A stretch of DNA of 64,000 bases from Enterobacteria phage ATK47, in sequence record NC_055708.1. One strand, given 5' to 3'. Made by a program: the position numbers and the translations under genes. The notes beneath the pieces are model-generated. The model was given only the letters and a program-made list of their open reading frames with translations, ran no database searches and had not been told where the DNA came from. Shown here one piece after another: positions 43,634 to 51,923 of the stretch. Numbering within the stretch: the stretch's first letter is position 1; each line of letters begins with the position of its first letter.

Positions 43634-43866
43634 GTATAGCAATTTACATTAAATCAGAATCATGTGATAGTTATCTGTACACATATGATAAAGATGTGTC
43701 AGAAGAAAAAATCAAAGACGACCTTAATACGGACCTTGATATGTTCTGTCCTATTGCAGATTACAAACTTGCGGTCTCTAATAGTGAAAGTCCATCTAAA
43801 GAAACGCGCATTGAAGAATTTATGTCTGAATTAATGGCCAAATCATGGGACCGAGATGATGAGTAA
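43630..43866 (+). CDS. hypothetical acidic protein (78 aa)
   Basis: ATG 43630 overlapping previous stop. Confidence 0.55.
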   Translation: MSIAIYIKSESCDSYLYTYDKDVSEEKIKDDLNTDLDMFCPIADYKLAVSNSESPSKETRIEEFMSELMAKSWDRDDE

Positions 43867-44314
43867 GAAAAATAAAGTGAAAGAGCTATCAGCCGGTATT
43901 ATTTTCCTTACCGAAGATAAAGAGTTATTCATGGGGCGTGTAACTGGTTCTCGTCCTAAAGGTGCATTAACTCATCGGTGGGATATTCCTAAAGGCCGTG
44001 TCGAACCTGGCGAATCTCCTATTGAAGCCGCTATTCGTGAATGCGAAGAAGAAACTGGGTTTACACAATATGACCCTGCCTTCCTGAAAGACCTAGGTGA
44101 ACATCATTACTCAGACAATAAGAATATTCATCTGTTCCTATATACCATCCCTGTAGAGCACGAGCAATTCAGAAACAGTGTTTGTAATTCCTATCATACA
44201 TTCCAAGACGGACGACAGATTCCTGAATTTGATGCATTCGCTTTAATTAAACCTTCTCAATGGGAATATGTAATGGGCAAATCGTTATATAAGGTGCTCA
44301 CTACCCTCCTATAA
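43856..44314 (+). CDS. nudE: Nudix hydrolase
   Basis: Nudix box GRVEPGESPIEAAIRECEEETGF; immediately upstream of lysozyme as T4 e.1. Confidence 0.85.
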   Translation: MMSKKNKVKELSAGIIFLTEDKELFMGRVTGSRPKGALTHRWDIPKGRVEPGESPIEAAIRECEEETGFTQYDPAFLKDLGEHHYSDNKNIHLFLYTIPVEHEQFRNSVCNSYHTFQDGRQIPEFDAFALIKPSQWEYVMGKSLYKVLTTLL

Positions 44315-44320
44315 GTAATA

Positions 44321-44348
44321 AATACCTCCTATAAACGTGGGAGGTATT
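44321..44348 (+). promoter_or_regulatory. SD-sequestering hairpin with late-promoter-like element for lysozyme gene
   Basis: AATACCTCC / GGAGGTATT 9-bp stem pairs the SD; AATAAATA (44317-44324) and TATAAACG in the loop region. Confidence 0.6.
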
Positions 44349-44837
44349 ATGAATATATTTGAAATGCTTCGTAATGACGAAGGTCTTAGACTGACTTTAT
44401 ACAAAGACACTGAAGGCTTTTGGACGATTGGCATAGGCCATTTAGTAACAAAGAACCCGTCTTTAGCCGTAGCTAAAGCTGAACTTGACAGAATGATCGG
44501 CCGTAAATGCAACGGTACAATTACCCTTGATGAGGCTGAAAAGCTATTTAATGAAGACGTTGATAAAGCTGTCCGCGGAATCTTGGGTAATGCTAAACTT
44601 AAACCGGTATATGATTCTTTAGATGCAGTTCGTCGGTGTGCATTGGTCAATATGGTCTTCCAAATGGGTGTAGCAGGAGTCGCCGGTTTTACTAATTCTC
44701 TTCGTATGCTTAAACAGAAACGTTGGGATGAAGCGGCAGTAAATCTAGCTCAATCTAAATGGTATCGTCAGACACCTAATCGCGCGAAACGCGTAATCTC
44801 AACATTTAAAACAGGAACTTGGAAAGCGTATATATGA
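44349..44837 (+). CDS. e: lysozyme (endolysin)
   Basis: [31 protein letters not shown]; about 85 percent identical to T4 lysozyme as recalled. Confidence 0.97.
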   Translation: MNIFEMLRNDEGLRLTLYKDTEGFWTIGIGHLVTKNPSLAVAKAELDRMIGRKCNGTITLDEAEKLFNEDVDKAVRGILGNAKLKPVYDSLDAVRRCALVNMVFQMGVAGVAGFTNSLRMLKQKRWDEAAVNLAQSKWYRQTPNRAKRVISTFKTGTWKAYI

Positions 44838-45115
44838 AAACATATAGTGAATTTTTATCAGAATCTATTCTTAACGAAGCTACTGACACATTTGCAACTA
44901 AGCTAGGTGCAGCTTTGGTTGAAGCTGAAAGTCTATTAGCACGTATTTCTGAACTTGCTAGTAAGATAGATACTCGCAAATTTGAACGTACCAGCGATAT
45001 CGCTAAGCTTGAAGCCTTGTTGCGTATGTGCGATAAACCAGAAGAAATCGCTAAGAACGGCTCGCTGATGAAACAACGTCTTGAAAAATATATTTCAGGC
45101 GCTTCAGAAAAATAG
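44834..45115 (+). CDS. internal protein-like (CTS leader)
   Basis: 93 aa from ATG 44834; N-terminus [15 protein letters not shown]. Confidence 0.7.
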   Translation: MKTYSEFLSESILNEATDTFATKLGAALVEAESLLARISELASKIDTRKFERTSDIAKLEALLRMCDKPEEIAKNGSLMKQRLEKYISGASEK

Positions 45116-45116
45116 T

Positions 45117-45146
45117 GTTTACTTCCTCCAAGGGTTTTGATACTAT
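45117..45146 (+). promoter_or_regulatory. T4-type early promoter for denV, spanned by anti-SD hairpin
   Basis: GTTTAC, 18 nt, TG-a-TACTAT; TTCCTCCAAG (45123-45132) is perfect complement of SD region CTTGGAGGAA (45161-45170). Confidence 0.6.
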
Positions 45147-45173
45147 ACATTCATCAACTACTTGGAGGAAATT

Positions 45174-45587
45174 ATGACTCGTATCAATTTAACACTTGTT
45201 TCTGAACTGTCCGACCAACATCTTATGGCTGAGTATCGTGAATTACCACGCGTATTTGGTGCAGTCCGTAAACATGTTCAAAACGGTAAACGTGTAAAGG
45301 ATTTTAAAATCTCTCCAACATTTATCTTAGGCACAGGTCACGTAACATTCTTTTACGACAAACTCGAATTTTTACGTTTACGTCAAATCGAGCTAATCGC
45401 TGAATGTTTGAAACGTGGTTTCAAAATCAAGGACACGACAGTCCAGGATATTTCCGACATCCCTGCCGAATTTCGTAATAATTATGTCCCGTCCGAAGCG
45501 TCCATTGCGATAAGTCAAGCACGCTTAGATGAAAAAATTGCTCAACGTCCGACTTGGTACAAATACTATGGTAAATCAATTTACTAA
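45174..45587 (+). CDS. denV: endonuclease V (pyrimidine dimer DNA glycosylase)
   Basis: [34 protein letters not shown]; near-identical to recalled T4 endo V. Confidence 0.97.
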   Translation: MTRINLTLVSELSDQHLMAEYRELPRVFGAVRKHVQNGKRVKDFKISPTFILGTGHVTFFYDKLEFLRLRQIELIAECLKRGFKIKDTTVQDISDIPAEFRNNYVPSEASIAISQARLDEKIAQRPTWYKYYGKSIY

Positions 45588-45594
45588 GGAAAAA

Positions 45595-45924
45595 ATGAAA
45601 ACATATCAAGAGTTTATCACTGAAGTTACATTATCTGCGGAACAGAAAGCTGCTATCGAAGAAAGTAAAAATCCCAAAGTAACATATAAAGTAAATAGTA
45701 AAGGCGTTTTTGATGGCTTGGTTCAAGACCCTGAATTGAAAAAAGCTCTTTCTAAAACTAATGCGTACTTTGCTCCTAAATTTAACACAGCCGGTGTACT
45801 TATTGGATTGGATGTATTCAACTCTAAAGGTGTTCTATCTAATGCCTTTGGCTATGCCGCTAACAAAATTACCAAAGCCGCATGGGAATCCAATACCAAA
45901 CAAGCTCAAAAGCCTAGAGTATAA
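45595..45924 (+). CDS. internal protein-like (CTS leader)
   Basis: 109 aa from ATG 45595; N-terminus MKTYQEFITE. Confidence 0.7.
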   Translation: MKTYQEFITEVTLSAEQKAAIEESKNPKVTYKVNSKGVFDGLVQDPELKKALSKTNAYFAPKFNTAGVLIGLDVFNSKGVLSNAFGYAANKITKAAWESNTKQAQKPRV

Positions 45925-46030
45925 TTCTTGTCTAATAAAGGGAAACGCAACCTCTCCTTATGAACGTCGAGTCCTCTGAGTGATGTACCTTTTCCAACCT
46001 GTAATAAGGTCGAGCGCAATGCGGTAATGG

Positions 46031-46060
46031 GTTTACATAGCGAGTCGAAGGACCTAACAT
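46031..46060 (+). promoter_or_regulatory. possible early promoter (weak -10)
   Basis: GTTTAC, 18 nt, TAACAT. Confidence 0.3.
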
Positions 46061-46096
46061 GTGCCACGGAATGGCCCAAACCTTAAGAGAAATAAT

Positions 46097-46636
46097 ATGA
46101 GAACATTTTTAACTGGACCTTATCTATCCCTGATGAATGCTTTTACACACCATTCTGATGCTAGAGTAGAAGAAATTTGTAAGAACGGTTATATCCCACC
46201 ATTTGAAGACGTACTCAAGCAGTACTGTACACTTCGTTTAGACGGCGGCAGACAATCAGGTAAATCAATTGCTGTGACTAACTTTGCTGCTAATTGGCTG
46301 TACGATGGTGGAACAGTTATTATTCTTTCTAATACTTCAGCTTATGCTAAAATTTCTGCTGGCAACATTGAAAAAGAATTTTCTCGTTATTCTAGCGACA
46401 ATATTCGATTCCGTTTATTTACTGATTCTGTCCGTAGTTTTATTGGCAATGAAGGTTCTAAATTCCGTGGATTAACGCTTTCTCGTATTCTGTATATAAT
46501 TGACGAGCCTATTAAAGCTCCTGATATGGATAAGATTTACAATGTCCATATTAAAACAGTACAGTACTGCTGCAAAAGCAAATATTGCATCGGCGGTAAT
46601 TCTCGTCCTCAATTTTTTGTGATTGGAATGCAATGA
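46097..46636 (+). CDS. small P-loop NTPase-like protein (179 aa)
   Basis: Walker A-like GGRQSGKS and Walker B-like ILYIIDEP. Confidence 0.5.
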   Translation: MRTFLTGPYLSLMNAFTHHSDARVEEICKNGYIPPFEDVLKQYCTLRLDGGRQSGKSIAVTNFAANWLYDGGTVIILSNTSAYAKISAGNIEKEFSRYSSDNIRFRLFTDSVRSFIGNEGSKFRGLTLSRILYIIDEPIKAPDMDKIYNVHIKTVQYCCKSKYCIGGNSRPQFFVIGMQ

Positions 46637-46941
46637 TGACCACTATTGAAGTTTTTGAATATTGTTATAACAGCCCAGTATGCAATAAAAGGGCTCTTGT
46701 AGAAAATTATGAGATTTACCATTTTAAACCTAAACGATATCGTTTGACTAAAGGCCCGTTCGCAGGGCAGCAGGTTCTTTGTACTGCTCCTAATGCACGG
46801 TTGATGACTAGTATTCCGCATTTCAAAATGGAATTTATTGATGGGCCATTTAAGGGATTAATCACTCAAAGTTTAATGGCGTTTAATTCCGACCCATTTT
46901 TGATTAAAGAAAAATCTTGGATAAATTTATTTTCTAATTGA
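46633..46941 (+). CDS. hypothetical protein (102 aa)
   Basis: ATGA overlap with upstream P-loop gene. Confidence 0.5.
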   Translation: MMTTIEVFEYCYNSPVCNKRALVENYEIYHFKPKRYRLTKGPFAGQQVLCTAPNARLMTSIPHFKMEFIDGPFKGLITQSLMAFNSDPFLIKEKSWINLFSN

Positions 46942-46947
46942 GGTTAT

Positions 46948-47310
46948 ATGAAAGCATATCAAATTCTTGAAGGTGAACATAAAGGCACTATTTATTTTGA
47001 AGACTGTACTCAAGCCCGGATTATTGTCTCTAAGACTTTTAAAGAAGACGCTATTGTAGATCCAGAAATTTTCTACGGTTTGAATGCTCGTGAAATTGAA
47101 ATTGAACATCAACCTAAAGTTAAAATTGAAGGTGGTCAACACCTGAACGTTAACGTTCTGCGTCGCGAAACTCTGGAAGATGCAGTTAAGCATCCAGAAA
47201 AATATCCGCAGCTGACCATCCGTGTATCCGGTTATGCAGTTCGCTTTAACTCTCTGACTCCGGAACAGCAGCGCGACGTTATCGCTCGTACCTTTACCGA
47301 GAGTCTATAA
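46948..47310 (+). CDS. autonomous glycyl radical cofactor (GrcA/YfiD-like)
   Basis: C-terminal [25 protein letters not shown] glycyl-radical motif. Confidence 0.85.
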   Translation: MKAYQILEGEHKGTIYFEDCTQARIIVSKTFKEDAIVDPEIFYGLNAREIEIEHQPKVKIEGGQHLNVNVLRRETLEDAVKHPEKYPQLTIRVSGYAVRFNSLTPEQQRDVIARTFTESL

Positions 47311-47534
47311 TGGCTAAATTGATTATAGAAGGGTCTGAAGATGTTTTAAAATGTTTTGCCGCCTGGTTTAGTTGCTCAGGCGAGCAATCATTCATTGAAG
47401 CATTTAGAATGGGTGATATTACTGGAAACTATCCGACAACTGATATCACTGTACGTGGATATGGTATTAATGAGCCTATCCAATTGGTCGAATATGACCT
47501 TGCCACAGATGAGGAAATTCCTTATGTCGATTGA
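47310..47534 (+). CDS. hypothetical protein (74 aa)
   Basis: SD GAGAG; ATGA junction. Confidence 0.5.
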   Translation: MAKLIIEGSEDVLKCFAAWFSCSGEQSFIEAFRMGDITGNYPTTDITVRGYGINEPIQLVEYDLATDEEIPYVD

Positions 47535-47790
47535 AGATATTAAAGGCTACAAGCCACATACCGACGATAAAATCAGTAAAGTGAACGCTATTAAAGATGC
47601 AGAAGTCCGTCTTGGATTGATGTTTGATGCTCTGATTGAAGAAGCATATATCTTAAAAGAAAATGAAACAGAGCAACAAACCAAAGAAGATATGGATGCA
47701 GTGCAGGCTCTTAAGTATGCTAAGCAACATCTAAAAGAAGCTAGTATGTGGGCTTGTCGTGCGGTATTTCAACCAGAGGAAAAATACTAA
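47524..47790 (+). CDS. hypothetical protein (88 aa)
   Basis: ATG 47524 with SD GAGGAAA. Confidence 0.5.
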   Translation: MSIEDIKGYKPHTDDKISKVNAIKDAEVRLGLMFDALIEEAYILKENETEQQTKEDMDAVQALKYAKQHLKEASMWACRAVFQPEEKY

Positions 47791-48089
47791 TGGCTCAAAT
47801 CCTATCAGGCTTTGGAACTCATTATGAAGCATCTCGACGCATAACTGAAAGCAATCCTTTTGGCCTTGTTCCGAAGCACAAGAAAATTCAAAGCCTTGAT
47901 GACTTTGAGAATCGCCTATGGGCCCTCTTTAATGAGTACAAGGCATATCTGAAAGAAGACGCTGACGATTGTCTTGAAGAAGATGAGATTGCGTATTACG
48001 AACAACGCCTTGAACAGCTCAAGAACTTCCACCAGGTTCGTGACGAAGTATCTAAAGCAGTTAAAAAGTTAATTCCTTTCAAAGAGTAG
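47790..48089 (+). CDS. hypothetical protein (99 aa)
   Basis: ATG 47790 with SD GAGGAAA. Confidence 0.55.
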   Translation: MAQILSGFGTHYEASRRITESNPFGLVPKHKKIQSLDDFENRLWALFNEYKAYLKEDADDCLEEDEIAYYEQRLEQLKNFHQVRDEVSKAVKKLIPFKE

Positions 48090-48117
48090 TTTACTTCTCC
48101 TCTAGTTGTGTTACTAT
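48089..48117 (+). promoter_or_regulatory. T4-type early promoter for regB, spanned by 14-bp anti-SD hairpin
   Basis: GTTTAC, 17 nt, TG-t-TACTAT; TTCTCCTCTAGTTG (48095-48108) is perfect complement of CAACTAGAGGAGAA (48126-48139) containing the SD. Confidence 0.65.
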
Positions 48118-48145
48118 AGACCTGTCAACTAGAGGAGAAATCAAA

Positions 48146-48604
48146 ATGACTATCAATTCAGACGTTTTTATCCGCCGCAATAAACTCCGTCGAATCTTTG
48201 AAACGGAGTTCCGCAAAATAAATGCCAGTATAAAAGATGCTGCAAAGTCTCTTGGACTACCAGGCTTTCATATCAAGTATTCTCAACATCTCTTAGATCG
48301 TGCCATCCAGAGAGAAATAGATGAGAATTACGTTTTTGAATTATTTCGTAAAGTAAAAAATCATGTTAAAGAAGTTGCAGAATTTTTATCAATGCCGGCA
48401 CGTCCAGATGTTGATGAAGATTTTGTCGAAGGTGTAGAATATCGCCCAGGCCGTTTAGAAATAACTGATGGAAATCTTTGGTTAGGACTTACAGTTTGTC
48501 GCGAAAATCCGGCATTCAAAATGAAGACTCTTCAATGCAGAATGGCTATTATTAACAATAAACGACTACCAGGAAAAGCTTCTAAAGCAGTGATTAAAAT
48601 CTAG
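48146..48604 (+). CDS. regB: RegB endoribonuclease
   Basis: MTINSDVFIRRNKLRR...YSQHLLDRAIQREIDE; near-identical to recalled T4 RegB. Confidence 0.95.
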   Translation: MTINSDVFIRRNKLRRIFETEFRKINASIKDAAKSLGLPGFHIKYSQHLLDRAIQREIDENYVFELFRKVKNHVKEVAEFLSMPARPDVDEDFVEGVEYRPGRLEITDGNLWLGLTVCRENPAFKMKTLQCRMAIINNKRLPGKASKAVIKI

Positions 48605-48612
48605 AGGTAAAC

Positions 48613-49155
48613 ATGAGAAAAGCACTACTCGCTGGTCTATTTGCTCTTTCATTATCAGCACATAGCTCCGAGCATACTTTTAGTAATGTCCAACTCGATA
48701 ACTTGAATTATGCTTATCAGTTTGGGGAACAGTTTTCTAAGGATGGAAAATTTAAAACGCATGAAAATATGCATAAGAAAGGACTTGGATACATAATGGC
48801 CGCAATACTATGGCAGGAATCATCTGCTGGTATTAATCTTAAAGATAAGAAAGGTCACCATGCGTATGGAATGTTCCAAAATTATCTACCAACAATGAGG
48901 GCAAGAATTAACCAGCTTGGTTATAATATGACTGATGCCCAAATTAAGAAAATGCTATCTAAGCGGTCTAATTCAACCAGATGGGCTTATATCGAATTTT
49001 CTTATTGGTTAAATATACATAATGGGGATATAAGAAAAGCTATATCCTCATACAATGCGGGATGGAAGACAAGTGCTGGAAGTAAATATGCTTCTGAAGT
49101 CCTAGAAAAGGCTAATTACCTTAAATCAAATAAACTACTGGAAATAAAAGAATGA
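48613..49155 (+). CDS. secreted lytic transglycosylase-like protein (SLT domain)
   Basis: N-terminal signal peptide (LLAGLFALSLSAHS); motifs WQESS, YGMFQ, SYNAGW resembling SLT family E-S / GLMQ / AYNxG. Confidence 0.55.
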   Translation: MRKALLAGLFALSLSAHSSEHTFSNVQLDNLNYAYQFGEQFSKDGKFKTHENMHKKGLGYIMAAILWQESSAGINLKDKKGHHAYGMFQNYLPTMRARINQLGYNMTDAQIKKMLSKRSNSTRWAYIEFSYWLNIHNGDIRKAISSYNAGWKTSAGSKYASEVLEKANYLKSNKLLEIKE

Positions 49156-49499
49156 CCAAAATGTTAGCTTTAATAGTTGGCTTGGTTTCATTTAACGCTC
49201 TTGCTAATACTACATATACTGATGTAACGGAGTATACAAACAGAACGGCGTCTGATTATTGTGGTAAAAGTCAAGAGTGTAAAGTAGATTTTTCACAAAA
49301 ATTGTTATATGCGTATAAAGACGGAGAAAAAGATGGGGCGTCTAGTAGGTTCAAGGCGTCTACCTTAATTAAAAGATACTATAAAAAATGGCAAATATTA
49401 GAATGCTCGGTGGCGGAACCTAAAGATAAGGCAGCATGCAATTCTATGGTGGACCGCCTAGTTGACTCTTATACTAGAGGACTTGCAGCAAGTGATTAA
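49152..49499 (+). CDS. secreted Cys-containing protein (115 aa)
   Basis: Signal peptide MLALIVGLVSFNALA; four Cys in mature part. Confidence 0.55.
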   Translation: MTKMLALIVGLVSFNALANTTYTDVTEYTNRTASDYCGKSQECKVDFSQKLLYAYKDGEKDGASSRFKASTLIKRYYKKWQILECSVAEPKDKAACNSMVDRLVDSYTRGLAASD

Positions 49500-49959
49500 A
49501 AACTATATCAAGGGCGATATTGTCGCCCTGTTTTCTAAAGGTAATAATATTGCTCATGGGTGTAATTGTTTTCATACAATGGGCGCCGGTGTGGCAGGAC
49601 AATTAGCAAAGGCTTATCCAAAAATTCTGGAAGCCGATAAACTTCAAACCGAATTCGGAGACGAGTCTAAACTCGGGACTTATTCGGTTTATGAAAAATA
49701 TTTTAAGACCCATAAAGCTTATTGCTTTAATCTTTATACGCAGTTTGAGCCGGGACCTAATTTTGAGTACTCTGCTTTAATGAATTGTATAATAGAATTA
49801 AATGAATTTGGAAAGAATAAGATAACAAAGCCTGTAATTTATATGCCAAGAATTGGTGCAGGTATTGGTGGTGGAAACTGGGATGTCATCGAAGAGATTT
49901 TAGATACGTATTCCACTAAACTAGAAATTGTGATTGTTGATTGGGAACCGTTATTATGA
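49492..49959 (+). CDS. macro-domain-like protein
   Basis: GDIV...IAHGCNCFHTMGAGVAGQLAKAYP and PRIGAGIGGGNWDVIEEIL resemble macrodomain motifs; start GTG 49492 proposed (ORF track start TTG 49462). Confidence 0.45.
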   Translation: MIKNYIKGDIVALFSKGNNIAHGCNCFHTMGAGVAGQLAKAYPKILEADKLQTEFGDESKLGTYSVYEKYFKTHKAYCFNLYTQFEPGPNFEYSALMNCIIELNEFGKNKITKPVIYMPRIGAGIGGGNWDVIEEILDTYSTKLEIVIVDWEPLL

Positions 49960-50168
49960 ATATACATTATCCACATCCATATGATCCAAAGAATAAGGCA
50001 GTAATTATTCGTCAATGGGAACGCATTTGTCGTACTAAATGTCCAATTAATAGTCCACATGATGTAGATAAAGACTACATCGGAACATTCGTTGAATATA
50101 CCTTTATTGATAAGAAAGGCCGTAAACAACATGTAGAAGAATATTGCTTAAAGGTGACATGGCTATGA
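49956..50168 (+). CDS. hypothetical protein (70 aa)
   Basis: ATG 49956 overlapping previous stop. Confidence 0.5.
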   Translation: MNIHYPHPYDPKNKAVIIRQWERICRTKCPINSPHDVDKDYIGTFVEYTFIDKKGRKQHVEEYCLKVTWL

Positions 50169-50371
50169 GTCAAACAAAAATTCTTACAGGTGCTAAATGC
50201 GAAAAATGCGAATGGCCTGTAGTTTTTGCTTTATGCAATGACGAAATGGCTTGTGATTTTGATTATTGGTGTTACTGTTCGAACAAAGGTTGTAGCAATC
50301 ATAAAGGTGAAGGGTTTTACTCAGGATTTTACCCTTACCCAGATTTCGTTAAAGAAGGTGAACCTAAATGA
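50165..50371 (+). CDS. Cys-rich small protein (68 aa)
   Basis: Nine Cys in CEKCEW...CNDEMACDFDYWCYCSNKGC; SD AAGGTGA. Confidence 0.5.
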   Translation: MSQTKILTGAKCEKCEWPVVFALCNDEMACDFDYWCYCSNKGCSNHKGEGFYSGFYPYPDFVKEGEPK

Positions 50372-50550
50372 AATTGACTAAAGAAGAGAAAACTAAACTG
50401 TTTGAACTTATCCATGACCTATTGGATGAGCAAGCAGCCACCAATGCGTATGATGAATATGCTCCTTTGACGGACGAAGAATATCAAGCATTGTTGGAAT
50501 CATTTGACAGGAAAGAACAAGAACTCATTGACTACGTGAATTCGTTATGA
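50368..50550 (+). CDS. hypothetical acidic protein (60 aa)
   Basis: SD AAGGTGA; ATGA junction. Confidence 0.5.
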   Translation: MKLTKEEKTKLFELIHDLLDEQAATNAYDEYAPLTDEEYQALLESFDRKEQELIDYVNSL

Positions 50551-50732
50551 TTACTCGCCAACAGAAAGAAGAAATAATTTATTTGTCTAATGAAATACGG
50601 TTAGCAGAACAAGCTTATGAATGGGAACATTCATCGTATTTCTCGTCTAAACTGGCAAAACAACTTGCAACACAAGAATTGGAAGATGCTCAAAAAGCAT
50701 TGGATGATTATTTAGAACGAATTACCGAATAA
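50547..50732 (+). CDS. hypothetical protein (61 aa)
   Basis: ATGA junction. Confidence 0.45.
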   Translation: MITRQQKEEIIYLSNEIRLAEQAYEWEHSSYFSSKLAKQLATQELEDAQKALDDYLERITE

Positions 50733-50740
50733 GGACTCTT

Positions 50741-51322
50741 ATGGCTAGTTTAATTTTTACATATGCCGCTATGAACGCTGGTAAGTCTGCTTCATTACTT
50801 ACTGCTGCACATAACTATAAAGAACGTGGCATGGGTGTATTAGTTCTTAAACCGGCTATTGATACTCGTGATTCAAAAGGTGAAATAGTCTCTCGTATTG
50901 GTATTCGTCAGGATGCCAATATAATTACAAAAGACATGGATATCTTTGAATTCTATAAATGGGCTGCAGCACAAAAGGATATTCACTGTGTATTTGTTGA
51001 CGAAGCTCAGTTCTTAACTACTGAAAAGGTGTATCAACTTAGTCGTATTGTTGACGTATACAATGTGCCGGTAATGGCATATGGACTACGAACAGATTTT
51101 AAAGGTAATCTATTTGAAGGTTCTCAAGCATTAATGGCTATTGCCGATAAGCTTGTTGAACTTAAAGGTGTCTGTCATTGCGGTAAAAAGGCCACAATGG
51201 TAGCTAGAGTCACGGAAGACGGACTTCCAATTACAGATGGCAGTCAAATTGAAATTGGTGATACCGATAGATACGTGTCATTATGCCGGAAGCATTGGAA
51301 TGATTTGACAGGGTTGTTATAA
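50741..51322 (+). CDS. tk: thymidine kinase
   Basis: MASLIFTYAAMNAGKSASLL...; near-identical to recalled T4 Tk. Confidence 0.95.
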   Translation: MASLIFTYAAMNAGKSASLLTAAHNYKERGMGVLVLKPAIDTRDSKGEIVSRIGIRQDANIITKDMDIFEFYKWAAAQKDIHCVFVDEAQFLTTEKVYQLSRIVDVYNVPVMAYGLRTDFKGNLFEGSQALMAIADKLVELKGVCHCGKKATMVARVTEDGLPITDGSQIEIGDTDRYVSLCRKHWNDLTGLL

Positions 51323-51325
51323 ATA
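51318..51325 (+). promoter_or_regulatory. T4-type late promoter TATAAATA
   Basis: Exact TATAAATA overlapping tk stop, 25 nt upstream of next ATG. Confidence 0.5.
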
Positions 51326-51349
51326 CTAATATCTAACCAAGAGGTATAT

Positions 51350-51562
51350 ATGCAGCAATTAAACGAAAGACAACTTCGTAATCTTACTGTAACCCAATTG
51401 GATGAAATCCGAAGAGAATTAGGACATTCTATTTCTCATTTAAACGAGGATATCCGTCAAACTGGTTCTAAAGCTGATTATACACGCAAGCGCAAGCTGG
51501 AAAAATACCTCGCAGATGTTAAGGCCGTCCAAAGGCGAAAAATAAATACTGGCCAAAATTAA
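51350..51562 (+). CDS. hypothetical basic protein (70 aa)
   Basis: SD AGAGGTA. Confidence 0.55.
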   Translation: MQQLNERQLRNLTVTQLDEIRRELGHSISHLNEDIRQTGSKADYTRKRKLEKYLADVKAVQRRKINTGQN

Positions 51563-51574
51563 CAGGAGGCCTAT

Positions 51575-51877
51575 ATGGCCTTAAGAGCGATAGCTGTCAT
51601 GGCGATGCTGGGGTTTTTTGCAGCAACAACTCCTATCGTTGGTACTGCACATATTGACCCATATTTTGATAACTTTATGGAATCAGGGATTAAAAACGTA
51701 TATACTTTGTTTGAAATTCAAAATGTCGAGAATTCTGAAAAATTCTATAAGTATATGGCAAAGCATTACAAAAATAGCCCCTGTGATGATGCATTTGAAT
51801 GTCATGAACAAGGCATAAAAACTGCCAGACAATTTGCTGAGTTCATGAAAATAAAATTAGAGCCTACATCTATCTAA
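51575..51877 (+). CDS. rI: lysis inhibition antiholin RI
   Basis: MALRAIAVMAMLGFF...DPYFDNFMESGIKNVYTLFE; close to recalled T4 RI. Confidence 0.9.
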   Translation: MALRAIAVMAMLGFFAATTPIVGTAHIDPYFDNFMESGIKNVYTLFEIQNVENSEKFYKYMAKHYKNSPCDDAFECHEQGIKTARQFAEFMKIKLEPTSI

Positions 51878-51883
51878 TTTACT

Positions 51884-51913
51884 AGCCCCTTCCTTATGGT
51901 TGGGGCTTTTTGG
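51884..51913 (+). terminator. rho-independent terminator (repeat copy 3)
   Basis: GCCCCTTCCTTATGGTTGGGGC plus TTTTTGG; identical core to 36807 copy. Confidence 0.65.
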
Positions 51914-51923
51914 CATTTAACAG

